Source of the DNA: a virus | Lineage: Duplodnaviria; Caudoviricetes | IMG/VR virus record: IMGVR_UViG_3300030207_000882 | Span: 1-31,209 of that record | Reading direction: 5' to 3' (one strand) | DNA length: 31,209 nucleotides | Shown here: positions 1 to 8,509 of the stretch, one piece after another | How the letters are laid out: every line of letters starts with the position of its first letter | Numbering within the stretch: position 1 is the stretch's first letter | Translations under genes and position numbers: made by a program | The notes under the pieces: model-generated | What the model was told of the DNA's origin: nothing | Databases searched by the model: none | The model's input: only the letters and a program-made list of their open reading frames with translations

Positions 1-96
1 ACACTACTCGACAGTTGGTTTGATGTTAAGTCTAAGGAATTAGACGAGGCTGAGAAGAAACAGAAAAAAGATTTAATTACAGGCCAAAAAAAGTGA
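1..96 (+). CDS. 3' end of an upstream gene (partial), ...TLLDSWFDVKSKELDEAEKKQKKDLITGQKK*
   Basis: Frame 1 is open from position 1 to TGA at 94-96, which abuts the next gene. Translated by hand; not in the ORF track. Confidence 0.6.
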   Translation, partial: TLLDSWFDVKSKELDEAEKKQKKDLITGQKK

Positions 97-101
97 AGGT
101 T

Positions 102-968
102 ATGAAGGTAACCGTCTACGAAGTTGGCCCACGAGACGGGCTACAGGCGTTACCTCAAACAGTTCCTGTAGAACAACGTATAGAATTGATAAATTCACTA
201 TATGATGCTGGTTTGAAAGAAGTTGAAGAAGTCTCTTTTGTTCATCCTAAACTTTTACCTCAGATGGCGAATGCTGAACAAGTATTCACTGGGCGTGGCT
301 CAGCCTTAGTTTTGAACAAGCGTGGGTTTGACCGAGCGATGGCTGCTGGTGTTGAGAAGATAAACATCGTAATTAGCCCCTGTGAAAGGTTTTGCATAGA
401 TAACATGGGTAGAAGATACCAAGAATTGTTACTTTCGTATCGCACTTTCTTACATAATTACCCAAAAGACAAGGTTAGAGTGTATATTTCGATGGCTTTT
501 GGTAGTCCAACTAGCGGTGATTTCAGTAAAAGTCACCTAGACATGGTGGTACGTGACGCTAAGATGTTTGGAGATACTGTGGTGTTTGCTGATACAATCG
601 GTGTCGCTGCTAATGATGACATCGAGTATGTTGCTGACTTGGCTCTCAAGCACGATATGATTCCGGCTTTGCACTTACACCATCGAGATAGAGAAGACTT
701 GGCTCTTTCACTTGTCAGAACTGGGCTGTTTTCCGGCATCAAGGAGTTTGATGCGAGTATCGGGGGACTGGGAGGCTGTCCTTTTGCTGAGGGTAGTGGT
801 TCTAATCTCTCTACTGAAGTCTTACTTCGTCACATTGAGGCTTGGGGTTTTGAACATAGTGTAGACATGAAGGCTCTAAAGAAGGCCAGTGCTCTTGCAT
901 TTCAGTTAAAGTCTTATGAAGCAACATCATCCCCTGACTTATGGGCGCTTTCGACACTGCATGGCTAG
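102..968 (+). CDS. Hydroxymethylglutaryl-CoA lyase (DRE-TIM metallolyase), putative auxiliary metabolic gene
   Basis: Signature motifs YEVGPRDGLQ, SFVHPK, ADTIG, HLH metal ligands and DASIGGLGGCPFAEGSGSNLSTE are all present. Start at ATG 102 or GTG 93. Confidence 0.9.
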   Translation: MKVTVYEVGPRDGLQALPQTVPVEQRIELINSLYDAGLKEVEEVSFVHPKLLPQMANAEQVFTGRGSALVLNKRGFDRAMAAGVEKINIVISPCERFCIDNMGRRYQELLLSYRTFLHNYPKDKVRVYISMAFGSPTSGDFSKSHLDMVVRDAKMFGDTVVFADTIGVAANDDIEYVADLALKHDMIPALHLHHRDREDLALSLVRTGLFSGIKEFDASIGGLGGCPFAEGSGSNLSTEVLLRHIEAWGFEHSVDMKALKKASALAFQLKSYEATSSPDLWALSTLHG

Positions 969-2140
969 TGTTGAAAAATGAACGTGAACTTAGACAAATA
1001 GGTGAAGGTGGATTTAGAGCAGTGTATGAAGGTGATAATGAAAACGAAGTCATCAAAGTACCAAGGCAACAAACTTACCTAGGTGACCTATCTCACAATG
1101 CTTTGATGAATGCTTTTGCTCAACTCGGCTATCCAGTAGAGCCTGAGAAACTGCAAATCTTACCTCCTCATAGAGCGATTAATCCACATGGGGGTCCGGC
1201 TGGTCGTATGGCTATGGACCCTGTGACAGTAAGACCCTTTAACATTCTAGGTTATACTCAAAGAAGAGCAGATATTGCTGATAAAAACAAAATTGCAGAT
1301 ATGATGGATGAGCGAGAACGTGATATTGGTGATGATTTACGTGGTAAGCAAGGGCCTAATTTTTACGGAAGAACAGACTTGAGAGATTACACATCTCCCG
1401 CTGTATTTGGAATCCATGACATAAAACCTAGTAATTTGGGGGTGTTTGATGGTGAAATTAGAGCCCTTGATGCTCTTACTAGTAGACCTTTAAATTTAAT
1501 GGATTTGTACAACCTTTATCTTCCTGACCGTCTTGCTAAATTACCTGAGGCGGAGAGAAGAAGTCTAGTCAATCTGTTTACTGATAAATCTCAATTTCAA
1601 GACATAGCCGACTTTGACTTCAGTCGAGATGACGCTCTCTCTGTTGGTGAAAGGCAGAGAATGAAGGAGTCCGACCCCATAAAATTACGTGACCTTGGAT
1701 ATAGGATGGGACTTAGAGGAGGTGAATATGAAACTCCTATGGAAGCGGCTCATAGGGCTTATGCCGCTTATCTTCAGGATGTAAGGGCTATGCAGTTGGC
1801 TAATTCCATGGTAGAAGACCCTTATCAAACTAGATTAGAAGAGTTTGTTGACCCTAATGAAGGACCTAAGAGTCTAAGTTCGCTTGAGGAAAGGAGTAGA
1901 GCGATGCAAACAGGTGGTGCTAGAAGAGAGTTGGCTTTACAAAATACAGGAGATATGAGCAAAATAGGACCTACATTCCCGTATTATCCGGGCCTAGAAA
2001 CTTTATTCCCTGAGCCTCAGCCTGAGCCTAAGTCACTCAATGAGAAAATTGAAGATAGAAGGCGTAAAAGATTGCTTGACCAATACATCACCACAACACC
2101 CCCCTCTAAAAATGATGGTGGCCCAGCACCCGGTGCTTGA
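941..2140 (+). CDS. Ser/Thr protein kinase-like protein with a C-terminal extension
   Basis: Gly-rich loop IGEGGFRAVY, beta3 lysine VIKVP, catalytic loop HDIKPSNL and a DFG-equivalent LDA. N-terminal AFDTAWLVLK leader. Confidence 0.75.
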   Translation: MGAFDTAWLVLKNERELRQIGEGGFRAVYEGDNENEVIKVPRQQTYLGDLSHNALMNAFAQLGYPVEPEKLQILPPHRAINPHGGPAGRMAMDPVTVRPFNILGYTQRRADIADKNKIADMMDERERDIGDDLRGKQGPNFYGRTDLRDYTSPAVFGIHDIKPSNLGVFDGEIRALDALTSRPLNLMDLYNLYLPDRLAKLPEAERRSLVNLFTDKSQFQDIADFDFSRDDALSVGERQRMKESDPIKLRDLGYRMGLRGGEYETPMEAAHRAYAAYLQDVRAMQLANSMVEDPYQTRLEEFVDPNEGPKSLSSLEERSRAMQTGGARRELALQNTGDMSKIGPTFPYYPGLETLFPEPQPEPKSLNEKIEDRRRKRLLDQYITTTPPSKNDGGPAPGA

Positions 2141-2177
2141 GCGATGACTCTATATGAAGCGGCATCATCCCCCAAGT

Positions 2178-2576
2178 ATGAGCCGTGCATTCGATAGTGC
2201 ATTTGATATAATCAAGATGAATCATTTTGAAAGAGAATATGGCTATGAGTTTATATTAGATAGCATTTCAAAAGCGGTGCAAGACCCACGTGTAGAAAAA
2301 ATGCGTATGTTTGTTTTACAGAATATGGATAGCCCTGACCCTAAAATGAGAGCACAGGCTGAAAGAGTCTATGCTCAACTTACACAAATCATGAGTGGCG
2401 CTGGTGGTAAAATTTCAGCAGCAACTCCTCTAGGTGTTGACCCGTCTCCTCCTCCAAACCCAGCAGGTTTGATGAGCACTGCAAACCCACAAGGTGAAGC
2501 GCCAATGCCTACAAAACCAATGGCAAAAGCATTAGATGCGTTTTTCGATGCTGAGTTTATGAGAAAATCATTCTAA
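2178..2576 (+). CDS. Hypothetical protein, possible virion-internal protein
   Basis: ORF track gives 2154. ATG 2178 yields MSRAFDSAFDIIK, matching the shared leader, and TATATGA lies about 27 bp upstream. Confidence 0.6.
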   Translation: MSRAFDSAFDIIKMNHFEREYGYEFILDSISKAVQDPRVEKMRMFVLQNMDSPDPKMRAQAERVYAQLTQIMSGAGGKISAATPLGVDPSPPPNPAGLMSTANPQGEAPMPTKPMAKALDAFFDAEFMRKSF

Positions 2577-2586
2577 GGTGATGTGA

Positions 2587-3309
2587 TTGCCATTACCCGC
2601 TGCTCTACCCTTGCTTGGTAAGGTTGCTGGAGCAGCGATGACAGTAGGTAAAATTGGTGTTAAAGGCGCTAAGAAGGTAGCAACTGGTGCTAAGAATGTA
2701 GCAACTAAGGTAGATGATGTTGCACAAAATAAAAAGGTACAGAGAGTTGCTGCTGCTAAACAACAAATTGACCAACAAAGGCAACAGGCTCAGCAGCAAA
2801 AACAACAGCAGCAACAAAGAGCATCTGAAATGGCTAGGTCTAAAGCATCCACTGGGGATGGTGCTTTTGGTAAGGCTTGGGATGTTTTAACTAAAGATAG
2901 AAAATCACCTGAAGCCATGCGTCACAAGCGTGAGTACGATGCTGCGTACAATAAACGCCCTGACCAAATAAAATATCGTGAAGAGTTGAATCGTGAACGT
3001 AGAAGACGTGGGATTATGGGTAGTCATGACCACATGGATGTCAGTCATACTCAAGGCGGTAGACTAACATTAGAGCCTGAGCACTCCAACCGTGCTCGCC
3101 ACTTCAAAGACAAAGGGACTTTAAGAGTTGTAAAATCAATGAAAGATGATTTGGAGTTACTTCGCAATCTCATGCAGGGTCCTATGGATGAGCAAGACAA
3201 AAAAATTGCTGAGGCTGCTATGACAATGATAGAAGAACGTGAGGGAGAAGAAAAGGAAGACAAGAGTTTTACTAGACATTCTTTCGGTGGTAGTCACATG
3301 TTCCTATAA
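2587..3309 (+). CDS. Modular protein with a Q-rich N-terminus and an HNH-like (beta-beta-alpha-Me) nuclease module
   Basis: GGTGA RBS before the TTG start. The segment REELNRERRRR...MDVSHTQGGRLTLEPEHSNRARH resembles minimal phage HNH domains. Confidence 0.55.
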   Translation: MPLPAALPLLGKVAGAAMTVGKIGVKGAKKVATGAKNVATKVDDVAQNKKVQRVAAAKQQIDQQRQQAQQQKQQQQQRASEMARSKASTGDGAFGKAWDVLTKDRKSPEAMRHKREYDAAYNKRPDQIKYREELNRERRRRGIMGSHDHMDVSHTQGGRLTLEPEHSNRARHFKDKGTLRVVKSMKDDLELLRNLMQGPMDEQDKKIAEAAMTMIEEREGEEKEDKSFTRHSFGGSHMFL

Positions 3310-3420
3310 TATACGTATATACACGAGTGCAAAATTGTATAGGTTGTAAAATTATTATTATATTATACTGTATTTATTTTAATATATAGTAAAGACAAAT
3401 ATCTATACAACCTTTACAAC
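3309..3420. promoter_or_regulatory. Non-coding AT-rich element flanked by 16-bp inverted repeats; candidate replication origin or operator
   Basis: TTGTATAGGTTGTAAA (3335-3350) and TATACAACCTTTACAA (3404-3419) match 14/16 as an inverted pair. The 53-bp spacer is about 89% AT. A perfect palindrome ATATACGTATAT lies at 3309-3320. Confidence 0.6.
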
Positions 3421-3451
3421 TTAATCAGCAACGTTTATCACTACCTATCGA

Positions 3452-4045
3452 GTGCCATTACCAGTGACCGTTATGGATGAAGATGTACAACATGAAGCAG
3501 AAATACGCCTTCTTGGACTCATTCTAGCACAGTCAGCATTAGTTGGAGTTTCAATTGGAGTCTTTGATGCTGAAGTTTGGTTGAAAAATACTACCCCTTT
3601 ACTGAATGGATTGACTTACGCTATGAGTGCATTCTTTGTACAAGGAATTGCTTATTACATGTTCAAAGTATTCTTTGAGCGTGGAATGAGAGAGCGTGCT
3701 AGAGCCACACAAATTGACCGTGACCGTAATTACAAATATCGTTCAATGCAACAGAATTTTGATTCGAGGAGGGCTGAAATGGAAATGCGTATCCAAGAAG
3801 CACAGTTAGAGCGTGAACTACGTTGGATGGAGGCTAATCCGGGTCAGATGCCACCTTCATGGGGTGTACCGGGTGGCTCTCCTTCACTAATAGGAACTTA
3901 TGACCAAGAAAGAGTAGATGGTTCTCGTATTCCTACACATGAAGCAAAAAGTCCAGCACCATTGAGTTTAGGTGTCTCAGAAGAAGATATTCCTTTGAAG
4001 AAGGATGGAACACCTGACAAGCGTTATCAAAAGAAGAATGAGTGA
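3452..4045 (+). CDS. Membrane protein with 2 predicted TM helices and a coiled coil
   Basis: Hydrophobic LLGLILAQSALVGVSIGVF and LTYAMSAFFVQGIAYYMFKVFF, followed by an R/E/Q-rich helix and C-terminal KKDGTPDKRY. The start may be 3464 or 3473. Confidence 0.75.
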   Translation: MPLPVTVMDEDVQHEAEIRLLGLILAQSALVGVSIGVFDAEVWLKNTTPLLNGLTYAMSAFFVQGIAYYMFKVFFERGMRERARATQIDRDRNYKYRSMQQNFDSRRAEMEMRIQEAQLERELRWMEANPGQMPPSWGVPGGSPSLIGTYDQERVDGSRIPTHEAKSPAPLSLGVSEEDIPLKKDGTPDKRYQKKNE

Positions 4046-4054
4046 GGCATATGT

Positions 4055-4309
4055 ATGGGCCGCATCTTCAAAACGCCTTCTGATAACGCCACTGAGGAAA
4101 CTCTACGAGCCATTCACATAGCAAATACTGTAGACACAACCTATGAAAGGACATGGGGTTGGATTAAAACTATTATAGCGTCTATTATATCTGCTTTGAT
4201 TATTAGTGCTATAGAACTTTATAATCCCGAATACAGTCTTTGGGAATCTACAGTGGAGTGGTTTGTTCAGAAATTATATGACTTAGCCGAATGGCTAAAG
4301 TGGTGGTGA
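4055..4309 (+). CDS. Small membrane protein
   Basis: TM segment WIKTIIASIISALIISAI and a Trp-rich amphipathic C-terminus. Confidence 0.7.
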   Translation: MGRIFKTPSDNATEETLRAIHIANTVDTTYERTWGWIKTIIASIISALIISAIELYNPEYSLWESTVEWFVQKLYDLAEWLKWW

Positions 4310-4319
4310 AGGTGAGTTT

Positions 4320-5045
4320 ATGGTTGAACCTGCGGGGACAGCATTGGTTGGCGCTGCCGTGTGGGGTCAACATATTTTCAACTCATGGCGACCAAGACGA
4401 GTTGGAATCTACGGGGCTCCTAAAGTTGGAAAAACCACCTTAGACCGATATATGACCACCCCCGGTGAAATGGAAGCGATACCGGATGAAGAGCGCACTG
4501 AACATGGGCGAGTGCTTGGGTTAGTAGGTCCTTACAGGATGCCTAAACCAACTAGAAAGAGAATTGGTTGGAACGGGGAAAAACGGGTCGTTTACTCTTC
4601 TGATATAGGAGGTCAAGAAAGATTTTGGAATCTATGGATAGAAGATATGGTGACTAGAAAAGTAGAGGCTGTAGTCTACATGTTTGATGATAGAGCGTTT
4701 AAGGGTGGAGACGACGGACTTCAACAAATAGCGGGATTCAAATTTTTAGTTGATAGATTAATCAATAGAGATTATCGTTATCGTTCTTTACGTTCAAGAC
4801 TTCGAGGGCGTAAATATCATCCTAGAGTGGTCATGTTAGTCGCTAATAAGGCAGATAGGTTCTTTGATGAGACTGCTTCTAAATTATGGCATGATGGTAG
4901 AATAGGTGAGCATAAAATATTCGACCCATTTCGTGACGACTTAATTAGATTACAAAAAGCAGGTATTCCTACTAAACGCTCTTTCATGGCTACACGCATA
5001 GGATGGAATGTAGAAAAAACCATGTTAGCCTTACTCACCTCATGA
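4320..5045 (+). CDS. Ras-superfamily small GTPase (Arf/Rab-like)
   Basis: G1 GAPKVGKTT, G3 DIGGQERFWNLW, strand AVVYMFD, G4 LVANKAD, G5-like FMAT and terminal GWNVEKTM. GGTGA RBS. Confidence 0.85.
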   Translation: MVEPAGTALVGAAVWGQHIFNSWRPRRVGIYGAPKVGKTTLDRYMTTPGEMEAIPDEERTEHGRVLGLVGPYRMPKPTRKRIGWNGEKRVVYSSDIGGQERFWNLWIEDMVTRKVEAVVYMFDDRAFKGGDDGLQQIAGFKFLVDRLINRDYRYRSLRSRLRGRKYHPRVVMLVANKADRFFDETASKLWHDGRIGEHKIFDPFRDDLIRLQKAGIPTKRSFMATRIGWNVEKTMLALLTS

Positions 5046-5080
5046 TAGACCTTTTAGGAAGCCTTTTAATCAAATAGTAT

Positions 5081-5275
5081 ATGGTGACAAGCATGGGGAG
5101 GAACGTTGTCACCACTACTTTACACGCTGCTTCTTCTAAAACCAATAGTTTGCGTACCACTGTTCCCATGTGGGTAATCAATCAATTTGGTTTGAAAGCA
5201 GGTGACGATGTTAATTGGAAACTTCATCTCAAAGATGGTGAGATAGTGGTGATTATGTCTCCTGTGGAGGCGTGA
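5081..5275 (+). CDS. AbrB/MazE/SpoVT-family swapped-hairpin DNA-binding protein
   Basis: SLRTTVPMWVINQFGLKAGDDVNW matches the archaeal AbrB pattern SlxvTiPxxvxxxlgLkxGDxvxw. The start may be ATG 5093. Confidence 0.75.
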   Translation: MVTSMGRNVVTTTLHAASSKTNSLRTTVPMWVINQFGLKAGDDVNWKLHLKDGEIVVIMSPVEA

Positions 5276-6207
5276 AAATGTTTACTAGGCAACCTCAAGG
5301 TAACCTTAATACGGCACAAATTCCAACTTTAGCAATGCAGGGAAACGACCAACTCACACAGGCAGCATTGGCTGAGATGGTAGCCGCTCAACAGGGTATG
5401 CAAGAAGTCGCAGCATCTCAAAATATAGAAGTTCCAAAAGTCAATTTTTTCCCTAGTAGACACCCTGACCCGAGAAAGGCTAGAAGGCAAGACATCAAGC
5501 AAGCGTACAAACTATTACGACCTGCTAAACGTAGCCGTTTTTCTCCCTTGCGATGGTTTGGTAATAAATATCGCTATGACAAAGATACTGCTGTTTGTGT
5601 AGTAGATGGATGTAATGTTGCTGAGTTAATCAAACATGATAATCTATACATGCGTATTTGTGATGAAGATACAGGTAGAAGCCTATGGGAAATGTACTGG
5701 CAGAACCCAGTAACAGGTCAACCTGAGGCATTTATCGCACGTGATAAAGTAACAGGTGGTAAAAAAATGAGAGGTACTTATTGTCCTGAACACCTTCATC
5801 TTTATCACTTATTGACAAAATGGGAAGCAGAGGAAGAGAAGCAAAATGAAATGAATCCTAGTAGACTTCGTGACAAAGTGAAAAAGGGAGTCTCTATCGT
5901 TACTGTGCCTATTTCAGCAGTCAAACAAAAGGACCCTCAACCTGCTATGTTACAGAAATATGAGCCATTTTTTGCTGAATTAGAACGTGACTCAGGTAAA
6001 ACAAAAGGAATTAGTATTCTGAATTATAAGAATCCTGAAACTGGTGTAAATGACGTTACTATGGTTGTGTTTGATTTACGCATTTTCCAAAATGAATTGA
6101 ATCAAATGAACATACCTACTGCTGAGTTCCAAGCACTTTTGAGCCAACAGCAGAGTTTAATTCAGCAGCCAAACCTTGATGTTGAAGGAACCACTGGGCA
6201 GGGGTGA
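5272..6207 (+). CDS. Hypothetical protein with a probable split Zn finger
   Basis: CVVDGC ... YCPEH putative metal ligands; GTGA stop/start overlap with the neighbouring genes. Confidence 0.7.
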   Translation: MKMFTRQPQGNLNTAQIPTLAMQGNDQLTQAALAEMVAAQQGMQEVAASQNIEVPKVNFFPSRHPDPRKARRQDIKQAYKLLRPAKRSRFSPLRWFGNKYRYDKDTAVCVVDGCNVAELIKHDNLYMRICDEDTGRSLWEMYWQNPVTGQPEAFIARDKVTGGKKMRGTYCPEHLHLYHLLTKWEAEEEKQNEMNPSRLRDKVKKGVSIVTVPISAVKQKDPQPAMLQKYEPFFAELERDSGKTKGISILNYKNPETGVNDVTMVVFDLRIFQNELNQMNIPTAEFQALLSQQQSLIQQPNLDVEGTTGQG

Positions 6208-6872
6208 GCCGAATGTATCAGTTTAATCAATCTCAACCGTCTGTAGGGCTAAATCTATCAGCCACTGGTGCTCCAGCGATGAATGCCCAACAGCCTCAAT
6301 TTACTGGGCTAGGTGCTCCTCAACAAACTCAACAACCAAATCCGTTAATGGCTGGGATTCTACAAGGAGCAGGTGTGCAGCAACAATATAATCAGGCTCA
6401 ACAATATGCTCAGCAGCAACCCTTTAGACCACCTAGTGAAATGGAGTTGTTGAATGCTTTATTACAATCACAAAATCCTCTTCATCGTTTTATTTCATCA
6501 GGTGGTTTAGGCTCTTTGATAGAACTTTTAGCAACAGCAACCACTCTTTCTATGCTCACTGTTTTGAAGGATGCTAAGTTCATAATTAATGATGATGAAG
6601 GTGAGGCAAAAATTGACATGGCTTCTTTACCTGATAATCTCAAAACACTAAGTTCTGAAAATGTCTCTATGTTACTTAATAATCTAGTCAATAACAGCAC
6701 ACAGACTATTCAGGCTGCTGAGGCGCAAAGACAGCAAATATTAGCACTCTCTCAACAATCAATGATGGGTGACGCTCTTCAAGCAGCGTTGGCGGATGAA
6801 GGAACAATGCAGAAAATAGGCGGTGGTATTGGAAGTGTCGCTCGCTCTTTCATGGGTCTGCCTAAGCAGTAG
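6204..6872 (+). CDS. Hypothetical Q-rich protein with a hydrophobic helix
   Basis: Low-complexity Q/P N-terminus and GGLGSLIELLATATTLSMLTVL; translationally coupled to the upstream gene. Confidence 0.7.
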   Translation: MSRMYQFNQSQPSVGLNLSATGAPAMNAQQPQFTGLGAPQQTQQPNPLMAGILQGAGVQQQYNQAQQYAQQQPFRPPSEMELLNALLQSQNPLHRFISSGGLGSLIELLATATTLSMLTVLKDAKFIINDDEGEAKIDMASLPDNLKTLSSENVSMLLNNLVNNSTQTIQAAEAQRQQILALSQQSMMGDALQAALADEGTMQKIGGGIGSVARSFMGLPKQ

Positions 6873-6880
6873 GTGATAAT

Positions 6881-7132
6881 ATGGGGTTAAGTGACAGTAC
6901 AGATGACCTTTTTAGAGGATTCAATATGGCTAGCACACAAGTGTTAGCACCAAAACGCTCAGTAATTACAGACATGATAATGGTTCAATTCATCAGTATG
7001 ATTATCACTTTCACGTTAATTTTGTTTATCAAAGGCGGAGAATTACCAACTAGTTCTGTTTCAGTTTTCCTTGTTGGAATCATGATTGCTTTCATGGGTC
7101 TTGGTAGTGTTTATGGGCGTATCAGTAAGTGA
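6881..7132 (+). CDS. Small 2-TM membrane protein (holin-like topology)
   Basis: MIMVQFISMIITFTLILFI and VSVFLVGIMIAFMGLGSVY with a basic C-terminus; GGTGA RBS. Confidence 0.7.
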   Translation: MGLSDSTDDLFRGFNMASTQVLAPKRSVITDMIMVQFISMIITFTLILFIKGGELPTSSVSVFLVGIMIAFMGLGSVYGRISK

Positions 7133-7360
7133 CCACTTACCTAAAGGACACTGCATTGATGGAGAAAGTGCTTTGATTTTTACAAAGCATCCGCATTTTT
7201 TACAGACATCTAGTGCTTTGAAGAGAAAAACGCAGTCGTAGCATTCATTCATTCTTTTAATGTAAAGCGCTTTACTGACTCTGTTTTTTCTAAGTACATC
7301 TTTAGTGGTTTTTGCTATGTCAGAGGCTTGCTTAGGTACTCGCTTAAACCGTCTGAACAT
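7061..7360 (-). CDS. Small Cys-rich protein (DUF6171-like phage family)
   Basis: RMNECYDC...CKKCGCFVKIKA...CPLGKW pattern common in marine viruses. This is the only convincing minus-strand gene. Confidence 0.65.
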   Translation of the reverse strand: MFRRFKRVPKQASDIAKTTKDVLRKNRVSKALYIKRMNECYDCVFLFKALDVCKKCGCFVKIKALSPSMQCPLGKWSLTDTPINTTKTHESNHDSNKEN

Positions 7361-7421
7361 GAATCTCCGTAATGGTGTATCAAGAAAAGGGTTATGGGCG
7401 ATGCTGCTTTAGAAGGGAAAC

Positions 7422-8108
7422 ATGGGACCAGCGGAGCGTGTCACAAAACGTTCATGTCCGTTTTGTCAACATCCTAGCCGTGACGAATTAGAACAGGGTC
7501 TTTTACTGGGTGAAATATCTCCAAAACAACTAGATGAAGACATGGGTTGGCGATATAACACAACCGACAGGCACTATAGAAATCACATGGGACAGTTTCA
7601 CATGGGTGCTAATCCGCAGTGTAAAATTTGCACACACCCACAACGTGCTGAGTTTGAGCAAAGATACTTTGCAGATGGGTCAGAATCTGAGGTAATTGCT
7701 GTTGAACTTGGAATACGTGAAGAGTCAGTATATCATCACATGAAACATCATTTTCAACCGTTAGTTCAAAGAGCGGCAGTGTCTGAGGTCACAATGGTTG
7801 TAGGAGAGGAAATGAGTGCGCTTAGGTCAAATGTCGAATTACTCAACCATAAATTGTCAGAATTGCTCAGCGAGGGAAGTGTTCACGAAGACGGTTTTGT
7901 CAGGGATGCCGTGTCTCTGCATAAAGAAGTCAGAGAGTCAATAAAGGACTTGATGAAGATGCAAGAAAGTTGGGGACCTACTACTGAAAACGGTGAGGTG
8001 CATAACACAATTAACATTCTCAAAGTTGAACTCGGTAAGGAAAGCCCTGAATCTTGGGCAAGAATTAGAAAGAAATTGGTTGAACATGTAGAGGAGGAAG
8101 TATTATGA
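7422..8108 (+). CDS. Tandem Zn-finger/HTH DNA-binding protein, probable terminase small subunit
   Basis: Two repeats of CxxCxHPxR...HxxxH (CPFCQHPSR..HYRNH and CKICTHPQR..HMKHH), a coiled coil and a C-terminal beta strand HNTINILKV. Confidence 0.55.
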   Translation: MGPAERVTKRSCPFCQHPSRDELEQGLLLGEISPKQLDEDMGWRYNTTDRHYRNHMGQFHMGANPQCKICTHPQRAEFEQRYFADGSESEVIAVELGIREESVYHHMKHHFQPLVQRAAVSEVTMVVGEEMSALRSNVELLNHKLSELLSEGSVHEDGFVRDAVSLHKEVRESIKDLMKMQESWGPTTENGEVHNTINILKVELGKESPESWARIRKKLVEHVEEEVL

Positions 8109-8509
8109 TGGAAGTACCAGTTCCCGATTTACTTCAAATCAATCATCCGGGCTACTCCATAGTTATGAGTAGACCTACTCTTAGCGATGGTAACATCCTT
8201 CTTTTGGTGGACTTCGCAAAATGCCTTACTGAAAGGTTTGAGTTCTACGGTAAAATGACAATTTCATCACCGGATATATTTGAACTACTCAATCACTCAT
8301 TCAAACTTTTGTTAAACTCAGATGAGCCTGAGAAAGTAATACCCGTTAGACATCTCACCGCTAGACTACTAGAGGAGTTTGAGCATATGGTTGGTAATAT
8401 GTCACAAGCGTTTCCAATCAATCCAATCATAAAGAACGTTTACAATGACCTAAGTGAGTTATTATTTGAGGCTCTTGCTGAATTAAGTGGAGGTGATTAT
8501 TGTGACTGA
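8105..8509 (+). CDS. Hypothetical alpha-helical protein
   Basis: ATGA overlap with the upstream gene and a GAGGAGG RBS. Confidence 0.65.
   Translation: MMEVPVPDLLQINHPGYSIVMSRPTLSDGNILLLVDFAKCLTERFEFYGKMTISSPDIFELLNHSFKLLLNSDEPEKVIPVRHLTARLLEEFEHMVGNMSQAFPINPIIKNVYNDLSELLFEALAELSGGDYCD

Noticed and set aside
5081-6207. AbrB gene as the antitoxin of a toxin-antitoxin pair
   Set aside because: The downstream gene is 311 aa with no PIN, MazF or Doc motifs.
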